A stretch of DNA of 64,000 nucleotides from positions 45,944,001 to 46,008,000 of the forward strand of contig OZ076413.1 of NCBI GenBank assembly GCA_964187785.1. The letters are read 5' to 3'. This document shows positions 41,116 through 51,393 of the stretch, piece after piece. The position numbers were made by a program, and so were the translations under genes. This DNA is from Amphiscolops sp. MND2022 (Eukaryota). The notes under the pieces were generated by a model. It searched no databases. It saw nothing but the letters and a program-made list of their open reading frames with translations, and was not told the origin of the DNA. Within the stretch, counting starts at the first letter, position 1; every line of letters begins with the position of its first letter.

Positions 41116-43428
41116 GATTGGGCTGCACATCAACCCTTTGGGTTGGACCAGAATGTAGCCATCGTCGCAGATCCATACGCAGAAGAAAGCAATGAGGAGA
41201 TAACGTCAGATATATCACGAGACTCATTTCTTCCAGAACAACTGCCGGAGGCATCGTTCGAAATGGAACCAACAGCGCCTGTCCCACCGCGTACGATTCA
41301 GACACGTACTCAGACCGCTCTGGAACAAGGAATCCCACGTAGACGATTCAGTCACTTTGGATATCCGTCTGAGTCGGAATCTGACAGAGAACCAATGGAT
41401 CAACCCATTGAAGAACCACAGCAACCAACGATTCATCCTGATATTGATGACCTAGAACCGCTGTATTCCGATCATGAGGAAGTCTTACCTGAAACAGCAC
41501 CAAGCTTGGTACCTTCACCGTCAGGAACGTCCGCACCATTACTATCGAATCCAGATTTAACCGACACATTGAGCAATTTCCCACTGTTCAGTTCTCGAGC
41601 TGCTAGCTCGGTAGGACTAGAACTTGCCGAAGAAGTTGAACCCCAAGAAGGAACTGACAGGGAAATACAAGAACCCAAGCAAAGTATGGAAACATTACCC
41701 CCATCGGGAAGAATCGCAAACAGAAGAGGAAGACCAAGAGGCAGACCTCAAGGTCGTAGAAGAGGAAGTGCCACTTCATCAAGTCAAGCCCTTACAAGAA
41801 CTAGCAGACCATATACCAGATCAAGAGGCCGAGTAAGAACCAGAGCTCAGTCTAGAACCTTGGAACGCGCAATGACACTACCCAACATTGCGGAAAGCAC
41901 GTCACCAGAGCAACGACAAGCGGAACAATCAAACCCCCCACGAGCCGCACCTTATCAGCTGCGACGCAATAGAGTACCTAGATACAGGTGTGGAACCTGT
42001 GGTTCCCGCAACTGCAGCTGTGTCAACCTAATCAAGGGGAGACCACCGGACCAACGATTGGCACGGGGAGAGGACGCCTCTACCCCTGCCTTGGCGGACA
42101 CCGAGACGTTCGAGGACCATGCACAACACACTATCCGGTCCATACAAGCTAAGGATCAGGATATTCCATGAGTACACCACATCGTAATAACAATAGAAAA
42201 GACCTACTCGAGCGTCGGACCAGGAGTGATCCCTCCGATGGAAACCACACTCAAAGCTTTGCAAGGAACGTCACCCTCAGACTGTCCCACCTATCGGTTC
42301 AAGGAGTGGACGTGGCACGAAAAGAGTTGGCTAGAATTCACGTTAGCCGCTATCATTCCCCCACTCCCACCATCGATGGTGTTTGGAAAAATAGAACCAA
42401 CAGACACGAAAATAGTAATGGTACGCTGTATCACCGCGCAGAAGCTATGGCAACAATACGGCGTGACTTCACCTCCTGGAGATGTATATCATCCAACGAC
42501 AGGATGGTGGCTACTAGTCACTTCTCTGGACGAAACATCCCCAGTAACTCCAGGAACACTACTGATTTGCTTAGAGAATTTGCGCACACTAGTGGAGTTC
42601 GATGACACACTTTGTTTCCACCTAGCAGACATCTATCGCGGAAAATTCCTTACTCAACACTGGTTGCAGCTACTAGCTATCACTCTCTGTCGACAAGCCA
42701 GAATACGTCTATTGGACAAATACACTTATACGTTCGAGAACCCAGTGACTGTGCTTGAAGCACTTTCCGTAGTTCATGATTGGTCTTGCACGAACTTGGG
42801 AGACAGACCCTTACGCAGGACAGTATGGCAAGACCGAAAAGCCATTTTAGACCATCTCACGCCAAGACAAGACAATCAAAGCACTGTCACGGGAAAACTG
42901 CTGACGACCCACCCCAAATTCAAGCCGAACTACCTGTCATGGATTTCCTACGAAGAAACCGACATTCTCCAATCACGTGGTACCGTGGCAATATGCTGTC
43001 CAGCGGATTTGCTCTCATATTCAGCAATGGCACGTTACGTCATCCGAGAATATGGTCAGGAGGAAATTTTCCGACTACGACCAACTGTGGGGAAAGCATT
43101 ACGCCTAGCTAGATCACCAAATGCGCCGTGGAATAACGAAAGGTTTCTAATATTCACAAGAGCCTCTAACAAGCATCCTATCTTACATGATGTGCTACAT
43201 CTGTGCCTGACTGACTTGGTACAGAAGCTTACACGAGCACAAATTACCCGAATCCACCTTCCTATCCACGATCCTGAAAGGTCAATCAACTTGCTACCAG
43301 CTTGGTATTCAATGTTGAGAGATCATTTCATCGACTCGAACATCGACATAGTTCTCCATGATAGGGTGTACGTGTCAATTGCATCTGTGAGAACATACCC
43401 TAATCAAGTCAAGCAAAAGCTAGACTAA
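41116..43428 (+). CDS. In-frame C-terminal extension of Pol: acidic/basic linker, RGRP motifs, CxxC-x4-CxC, two TARG1-like macrodomains
   Basis: Same frame as integrase, separated only by single stops at 41113 and 42169. Segment 42943..43362 aligns by eye with OARD1/TARG1 along its length. Confidence 0.7.
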
Positions 43429-43635
43429 ATCGCAGTGGCACCAAAAGATAGCCACTTGAAAGGCTATTTGCCCTCCTTTTTAACCTACATTCTGTTTTAG
43501 CCAATGTTGGAAACTAATTTTAATGAAGACTGCTCAATCTGTCTTTGTTAAGTGTTTTTACTAGGTCAATTGTATACCGTGTATTACTTCTTGCGTTCAT
43601 GTAAAAAAATCTTTTTAGCTTAAATCAATGCTGGT

Positions 43636-43650
43636 TGTTTTTTTTTTCAG
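43636..43650 (+). promoter_or_regulatory. Putative splice acceptor for ORF3
   Basis: Run of 10 T followed by CAG immediately before the long open frame. Confidence 0.5.
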
Positions 43651-46600
43651 TTCAGTCCTGCCTGTTCGCCAGCACGCGACACCACCAGCACTACTACTGA
43701 TAATTTGCAGTTTGTAAACAACTACACTCCATTAAAGGTGCTACCATTTTCTCTGACGGATCAATCATCCCGAAGCCGACTTCCATGTCCACCCAGGCCA
43801 GTATCCTCTTCGTCCTCGCTGCCTGTCGCAGAGCCCCAAACTCGAATCGACCAGCTTGGTCTCACCCAGACGAACGCTCAACTAGACGTCTCGCCAACAC
43901 TAGCCACCGGAATAGCCATGCTGACCGCTCAACTGCAGACTCTGCAAACACACCCGGACTTCACGCTGTCCATTTCCATTGGAATTGGCTCATACTGCCG
44001 CACAGCCAAACTCCACAACGGAACATGGCAGGGCCATGACCTCACTCATCACTTCGATGATCATAGATCAAGTCTGCCTTACAATGAACCTAATTGGCCC
44101 TCCATAGAGCAACAGCAAGCGCGACCAAATCCATCACAAATATCCGTAGCGCCACCAATCACTGCTCCCGAAAATGCCATAGACAATCAGCCAACTCAAC
44201 CAACAGCTACACAGCAATTTGTCTGTATTCTACCCACCACGCCATCACCAATGCTATCGTCGCCACCACCATCAAGCTCAATCAGCGTGAGACGCTTGGA
44301 AGACACCAACACCGCACTCATGCTCCCTTCATCTTTCAGGGGGGAAGGGGTAGAAGAAGCAAATGAAGCGCGCACGAATGCGCAAAATACCGACAACACC
44401 ACCGAAAATACAAGGATGAGCCAGAAACCGAGAGTCATAACGATGCGAGATCCATTCGACGTACCCATTATGACAGAGGTGATCGGGTCTCTAGACTCAT
44501 ATGACGCCTTATTACCCTCAACATCGTCGGACCCTCAACACCTAGTAGGTTTCCAAGCCGATCCTGACTTACACGAACAACAAAAGGAGCAAAAGAAGGC
44601 AGAGAGACAAACAGCCAAGGCCCCCATCGACCTCCGAGATGTGCTAAACAAAAAGGAGCAGAACAAGATCGAGCAATTGGCCCAAAAGAAAAGAGCCAGA
44701 GATTTGGCCAATGCAGATGCAACAAACTCAAGCCCGAACCCCTCGCCCATACAACAGCCGGAGGCTAGAAGAGTGCGATTTTCTGATGAACTCTTGTCGC
44801 AGACAGAGGCACGGCAGTACGACATTACTACAAGAGACGCGGCGCGTCTGCAGAGAGAAGTCAAGTCAGGAAATCCAGACTCAGATTTGGACGTGCAAAA
44901 ATTCTATACCGCCACCAGCAAAGGCAATCCAGAAGATGTGAAGAACCTAGAAAAAGCATCGATTGGAGTGCACTACTTGAGACCCGTGAAAAAGCCAACA
45001 CTCTTGTTAGACCGCATTCCTCCATGGTTCGAGAGAGTGAGAGAAGGTCTTCATAAAGACAAATCGTCGCTCGTAAAGCCACTACCATCAAAGGTAAAAC
45101 TGTCAGTACAACGACCAGCAAGATATGACGACCAACTGCTGAAAAGCAGAGATTTCATGAGAGACGTGACAACATTGCTCCCCATGGGCAAAGAAATGTT
45201 ACAGAAGACAAGGATTGCCCTGCTCATGGATTCAACGATGAAGGCAACGGCGAACATGAACAACACCCTGATGGATGTTCGCGTGATGAACCTGCCCTGC
45301 ACGTCGTTAGAAGAAATGACCGAGGTGACCTGCAAGGTCTTTGGTCCCGCCGTAAACCACACGGAAACCATTCCTTTTCCTCCACTCTTAATTTACAGCA
45401 ACGTGATTGATCACTTGGCCTTTCGAGCAACATTGAAGTATTTCGAAGGAGGCAACCACAGATTAACAGAGGAATTGATGACCGGCGAAGTAGTTGCAAA
45501 TGTTGAAGCAATGAGGACCGTGATCAGACATGTCCAGAAAAAGAAAACCCACTGTAGGTGTGATCTTTGTATCACCCCCTGGATATGTACTACTACCAAA
45601 GCCACTTCAACAATTTCTGTATCTAGTTTCGGAAGCAGCGTACGCCCAGAACCTGTACTTTCATATCGTAGCCCCAAACCTGAGAATTAGCGCCTTGACC
45701 TGGCGTCCCTGCGAAAACTCTTACCCTGCAATTTTGGCAGAAATCTCAAAAGCAGTGCAAGCCTACACAGGATATCAGGGAAACTCTCAATTGTTAGCCG
45801 ATGATGCAACAGCCTTCGACTTTGGTATGCAAATGGCACATCGCACCTTTGACGAGAACGGAGTACGCCAAGTTAAAGAACCAAATGAAAAGGAAAAGTC
45901 AAACATGATCGACAACGGATGGTTTGAAAAGAGGGACGAGTCGACCCTAGACGAAAAGACACACGACGCGAAGTTCCACAAAGAGCTGGTAGCTCTCTGC
46001 AAGAGAACCGAAGAGATTAAGCAGGCTAGAACTAACGCAACAGTCTTCCCAATCGCAACACAAGCCGTTGACTCTAAACCCAGCATGGTCTCTCCAACCC
46101 TGGTGCTATTAACAGTACTAGCCCGAAAAATAGCACGAGAAAATCGTACCAACCCAGAGCATTCCTATCAGTCTTGGCATGAGAAGCTGCGAGAAACTCT
46201 AGCAGAAGTAGCCGAACGCCATGGAATTCCCTTTCCAATTTTTCTTTATAACATATCACCGTTTTGGGTACCTACAATGGTGCAAAGTGAAAGCAGCCTG
46301 GACGAGCAGCAAATCAAATTGTATGTAGAAGCTATGCAGAGGGCCACAATTAGCGAGATTCTGGCCTACTTAATGGCCGTTGGCCTAGGCTCCTTCTACA
46401 AAGGCCCAGTACACTTGGTGCACAAACTGATTTTAGAGAAAGCCAACACCTACTTATTTAGCTTCCTGATATTCGCAAAGAACCAGAAGAATTGGGTCAG
46501 TGCCATCCTGAACACCTTGGACCCTGCAGGCGCTTTGAAATTGCGCGCCCAACTTGCCGAGAACATAGAGACGATGTTAACTTGGGTCTACTCAACTTGG

Positions 46601-47953
46601 GTCAATGTCTCGGGTGTGATGAACACCTTGGATGATCCATCGAGTCAAAATCGCAATAATAAAAACCTGCCAGGTTTTCTCTTCCCGTCACAGGTAGCTA
46701 GCTTAATGCTAGTAGAAACGGAAGACCTAATCCCTGTGATTGCCCCCATAGTCTGGCCCATATTTGGCTCCATGATGGCACTACGTTATCCAACACAGCC
46801 ACTCAGAGTTGCTGCCAGCACACCCACATTGTCGATCCTACACTTCGTGGATCCTGAGGATGATACGAGGTTACCAAACCTCCACACGCTTGTGCGCAGC
46901 TTCGCAAATTTCCGACCCCCAATGGCGTACACAATCATCAAAGACCGAAAACAAGTAGAACACAACTTTGTTACCCTGATCCGAGCCAGAGCGCGGTGCG
47001 CTGTACCTATGTCACTAGAATTCCATCCGGTGGAATGGCTACACGTACCTATAAAGCCCAACACAGGAAACGTGCAGGATTTTACCAGCTAGGATGAGCC
47101 AGGAATCCTAAGAGCACTATCCAACGCCACACAACGACTAGGCGGAAGAAGAAAAGGCTCAAAATTGGAGCAACTTCGACATAGAACTGTCAGAGACACG
47201 TCACGAATGTATAATCCCAGAACAGAACCCCAGCCTGACACCGCTACGATCCTATCTAGCACCACGTGCTGGGCAAACCCTCCAATGATTGATTGCACAG
47301 TTCACAAAAACTATCAAACCTTGAAGGCAACCACACCGAAGATCGCCAAAGAACCTAGTCGCAAGATACTACCCATTAGCGACGAAGTGCCAAGCAATCC
47401 AAAAATGACAATGGAAATATTCATGAACCTAATAGCCAAGCAGAAAGAAGAAGGCAATTCAGTTTATGCTAGCTACGTGATTGCAATACAAACCTACAGA
47501 GAGATGTTTATGAAATACGGACATCTAGACCTCGCAGATCAGCTGCCAAACTTACGCCCAGCGGGCTCGACCACAGAACAGGCAGCGAGACACGAGGAGG
47601 TTTCTGCCGGTGGCAGCACGACTTCGGCAGTACCTACCACGAGTTCAGTCAACACCGTGCAGACTGCAGCAGCAACTACGACAAACATATCGACCAGCAA
47701 TGCCAACCAGATTACCCAGATTGCCGACAACATCACTATCACTCAATCTGACGATACTACACAGCTACAAAACAATCTGGAAGATAGACACGGATCCCTC
47801 TCTCAAACACAAGCAGCAGATATCGAACTGGAATTGAATGAACTCCCTAGTCTCGACCAACGAGATCCACCACAATCGGACGTGTTAACTGCATCATTGA
47901 ACGAAGTACTGCAAGAACAGGATGTTGCAATGAATCAAGCTGGCCAAGAATAG
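43651..47953 (+). CDS. ORF3 (~1,430 codons restored) with an SGNH/GDSL-like domain, disrupted
   Basis: ORFs 43705..45690, 45530..47092 and 47165..47953 join through a one-base frameshift in the A-run near 45540 and an in-frame TAG at 47090. Motifs IALLMDS, LLIYSNVID and PTVGVIFVSPP. First in-frame ATG at 43918. Confidence 0.7.
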
Positions 47954-48431
47954 AAAGAAATACGGAACTCAATGAATCAAGCTAAATCAAACTGACCAAA
48001 ACAACTCTTACCCAAGTGCAATCTATACAATTACGTACTATTTTAGTAAGAACCAAGCTAAAATCAAAATGAAGCAACTACTTGTAACTACCTGGTAGGT
48101 AGATTAACTCCAGTTAGATGCCTATCCACTGTCCAATGAAGAAAGTGCAAATAAAATTTTAGTATAAACTAGTCTTAATTTTACTGGTTGGTGTCGCAAA
48201 AGTGCAACCACCCCCCGAAAAGAAGTTTTTAACTAGCTTGAAATGAACGAATGAAAAGAGTTTTTAGAGAAACTGAATTTTAGCTCCCAAAAACCAAAAA
48301 AGTGCTAGATCAAGAAGTGCTAAGTTGAAATTTTGAAGCAGTAACTTAAAGAAAAAACTGAAATGACGTTGCTAAAAACATTAAGTAAATAGTGAGGCAC
48401 CCATCTCCGTTTGCCGAGGACGACAAACAAC

Positions 48432-48444
48432 GGCCCGGGGAGGA
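48432..48444 (+). promoter_or_regulatory. Polypurine tract
   Basis: GGCCCGGGGAGGA directly abuts the 3' LTR. Confidence 0.75.
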
Positions 48445-49170
48445 TGTAACGTCCACCAGTAAAGTACCAAAATTTCGTTCAAAAAGTCGAATAGGTGCGA
48501 ATCAAAATGGCCGACCTAGCAGGTCGTTGAAATCAAAAAGGACGGACAGAAGAACGAAAAACCTGCCCAAGAAGCCCCAACCCACGCGCCCCCGACCCAG
48601 AAGATGAAGAGAAGAGATACCCCAGCATGAATAGACACGGAAAAACCCGGAATTGTGTCATCTCACTCGGTATTTGCAGGTTCCAAATGAAGAAATGATC
48701 CAGAATCCAGATATCCCATGCTTGAAGAACATGAAGAAAACCGCAGAATCAGTGGAAATGCGTCAGAAGTGCTTATTTTGATTATATTTGATGTTGTTAA
48801 TACTGATTTACAGATGTATGATGATACTGGATCTGTTAGATCCCTGTAATTGGTACTTCAGAGAATGTTTCCCCAATAAAATGAGTATGGACTAAAACCC
48901 CAGTTTTCGGACCTCGGAGGTATGTAGGATCGCAGGAAGCCTTTAGGACCGTTTTTACGTGCTTGTGGGACGTGTCCGGACTTTGAGTGTGCCGGCACGT
49001 CGCCACGGAGCTCTAATATGAGGAGTCTCCTCGGCGTCTTGGAAAAGTCCCTACAGAGACCATTTGGGACTAAAAACTAATGTTTAGGTTGTTATAAGAC
49101 ACTGGTCTCTTGTTAAGGCAACCTGGGCATTGTCCCGGTTCTGGAATGTAGCTGTTAGCTTGACGTTACA
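48445..49170 (+). repeat. 3' LTR of the giant element
   Basis: Direct repeat of 29510..30235. Confidence 0.97.
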
Positions 49171-50433
49171 TATGCAATATCTAAAATTACGAAATAAGAT
49201 CTAAAATCGTCAAAATAGCCATAAACTTACAACAATGTGCAGCAATCTCGTCCACAACAGCGATTTGGCAACATCCACATTCAGCTCGCAAGCTGGGGCA
49301 CCACAGGCACAGATTTGTGAATTAGACGAAAAGACTCATTTTTACGGTTTTCGCTACTTAAGGTAGCATACTGCTGAAATCAAGGTTAGCACCTTCGAAA
49401 GAGTCTAATTTCAGAGGTTTTTGCAGTCTCTGGCGTCTGCTCGGGCGGCTGGCCTTATGTTTTTTCTCGATCTTGCTCTTTGTTGTCGAAGTACCTGCCA
49501 ATTTCGTTGAAACAGCGAAAAGAGCAATCACATGCTCAGTGCCACGTCAAACATCGAATTAGAATTTTTGACAAAATTTCTGAACATGTCACAATTCCAA
49601 AATTCCAATATCGACTGATTTTGCTGTCTCAGAGGGTGCCATTACATTGACGCTTGGGACGAATTGTCGCTTTTTGGAACTTGGGACGAATTGTCGCTTG
49701 GGACGAATTGTCGCTTGGGACGAATTGTCGCCCAACCGTGGTCGATCTGTTCTGATCGTCCATTGTACGGCTGTGCGAAACAAGATCTTTAAAGCAACAT
49801 CTTTGCGTAACTATACTGAACTGAAACTGTTTTCAAAAGTAAATATCCAGAGCTTGTACTAGAATTGTTTGTAACTAGATCTCCTCGTTTGAGTAAAAAA
49901 CCTATGAAAGTTCATGGAAAAATTTGTTACCGGTCATTAGCTTGTCTCCAATTTTTTGGAATCTTCGGAAATGAAGGGAGTCGTTAAAGTTAAAAGGAAA
50001 GCAATGGCAATAAGGCGGAGTTGACCTATATTTCGGTAGGATGAAATGCCCCAGGTATCAATTATTGTGCCCCAGGAATCAAAATCTGAGCAAAAGGTAG
50101 AATTCCCTTTGCTATAAAATTGAATCGAAGCTTTGTACAGGTAAAAGCCGGAAACTATTTACTAATTAGTCTTCGCGCACACAAAAGAACGAACGACGCA
50201 AAACCGAAATGAAACGGACGAATGGTTTTCAAAAACATGATGAAAAAGATTTTAGAATTAGGTTTTTGTGGTTATAGTTCATGTATGAAAACTAATTAAT
50301 TTTCATGCACATAAAAAACAAAATTTGTCATTTTTGACTTTCAGGTTTTTTGTATATGATCATGATTTGACTCTCAAGATTTTACATGAGATCCTTGATG
50401 GTTAATGTTTTCCATGAATGGTCAAACATGATA

Positions 50434-50606
50434 CAGTGGAATCCACCTAATTCGTTTTGCTAGGAATCAAAGAAAATAGGACGAATAGTGAGAGAAACGA
50501 AATACCAGATGATATTACTTTGGTCACCACAAAATGGTAGTCTCAGATACATACGAATTAGACGAAGATCCGAGTTATCCGGATACGAATTAACCGAAGT
50601 TGACTG
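50434..50606. mobile_element. Short pogo/Tigger-like MITE
   Basis: TA|CAGTGGAATCCACCTAATTCG ... CGAATTAACCGAAGTTGACTG|TA, with internal CGAATTA repeats. Confidence 0.6.
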
Positions 50607-50879
50607 TAATGTACTTGCTTGAAATCTACAGAAATTTCAGCAGTCGTTTTAAAAGCTGAACGCTGAATGTGGATCTAGCGAGCACGCCATTTGACCTCCG
50701 GTATCAACAACGGATACAATAAATGTCATTTACAAAAATTCTTAGGCTAGTTCTCACCTGAGGAATAATTCTTCCGTTACAGGCGTGCGCATTGATCAGG
50801 GAGATTTTCACTTCAGTCGAGATAAGTCATCGATGAATCAATTTCAGATGCCAGAATATAGATACAAGTTTTTATCATC

Positions 50880-51393
50880 AACAAGACGGGAACGTCTAAA
50901 GTCGGCGCTATATCTAAGGCTCCAAAAGCGCAAAGTTTTTAAAAACTGAAAAAAAACAATTTTTATGACGAAAAATAATCATTTCGAAAAATCAATCTTC
51001 GAGAAAATTGTAAAAGGGTGGACCCTTTGAGCTTTTTGAAAATCCAGTTTGTTGCAAAATATCAAAAAAAATTGAAAGGTCCCTTTGGAGACAAAAAAAT
51101 TCGAAAAAAAGTCGCACAATGCCGAAAAAAATCGAAAGGGGCGACTCTTTTAGTCCCGGCCGGTTTTGTAGGTTACCTTGAAAAAGTAAACAAAAAAGAA
51201 AGGGGGGAACCTTTGGACTAAGTTTGCAGTTTGCCGTGGCCCCGGACTTGACCTAGGTGGCCAAGGTGTAGGTGGTTTCAGGATTGTTTCTAAAAAGTGG
51301 ACCGATCAGTGTGAGGATTGTAGTCGAAAGAAAAAAAAGTCACTGCTTTAGTCGGGCATTTTTTCTTAAAAGGATGAAGCGCCGACTAAAAAA
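50880..51393 (-). mobile_element. HINE/DINE-1-like element
   Basis: AACAAGACG...AACGTCTAAAGTCGGCGCTATATCTAAGGCTC is shared with 12763. Right end TAGTCGGGCA...AGCGCCGACTAAAAA. Confidence 0.6.

Larger units (their letters stand above)
29510..49170 (+). mobile_element. Giant (19,661 bp) Ty3/Gypsy LTR retrotransposon with extended pol and an extra ORF
   Basis: 726-bp LTRs TGTAACGTC...GACGTTACA, PBS, PPT, and PR-RT-RH-IN domain order. Inserted in the host LTR; the uninterrupted site is visible near 21454. Confidence 0.97.
21157..49646 (-). mobile_element. Non-autonomous (LARD-like) LTR retroelement, ~8.8 kb without the nested insert
   Basis: 771-bp LTRs at 21157..21927 and 29212..29509 + 49174..49646, with TG...CA ends. 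PBS at 29177..29194 and purine tract at 21928..21937, both on minus. TTG on both flanks. No gag-pol ORF inside. Confidence 0.9.
20720..49738. mobile_element. ~0.53 kb non-autonomous TIR element split by a 28.5 kb retroelement nest (arms 20720..21156 and 49650..49738)
   Basis: Arrays of GCGACAATTCGTCCCA on the left and the reverse complement on the right, CG termini, TSD TGGTCGAT at 20712-20719 and 49739-49746. Confidence 0.85.

Noticed and set aside
33409..47742. Numerous minus-strand and alternate-frame ORFs over gag, pol and ORF3
   Set aside because: Shadow ORFs of long coding frames with no motifs of their own.
43705..47953. ORF3 as a retroviral-type env
   Set aside because: No evident signal peptide, Cys-rich ectodomain or C-terminal transmembrane anchor.
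21157..49646. Host LTRs look younger (about 1 difference) than the nested element's LTRs (about 3)
   Set aside because: The counts are too small to differ meaningfully and were made by eye.
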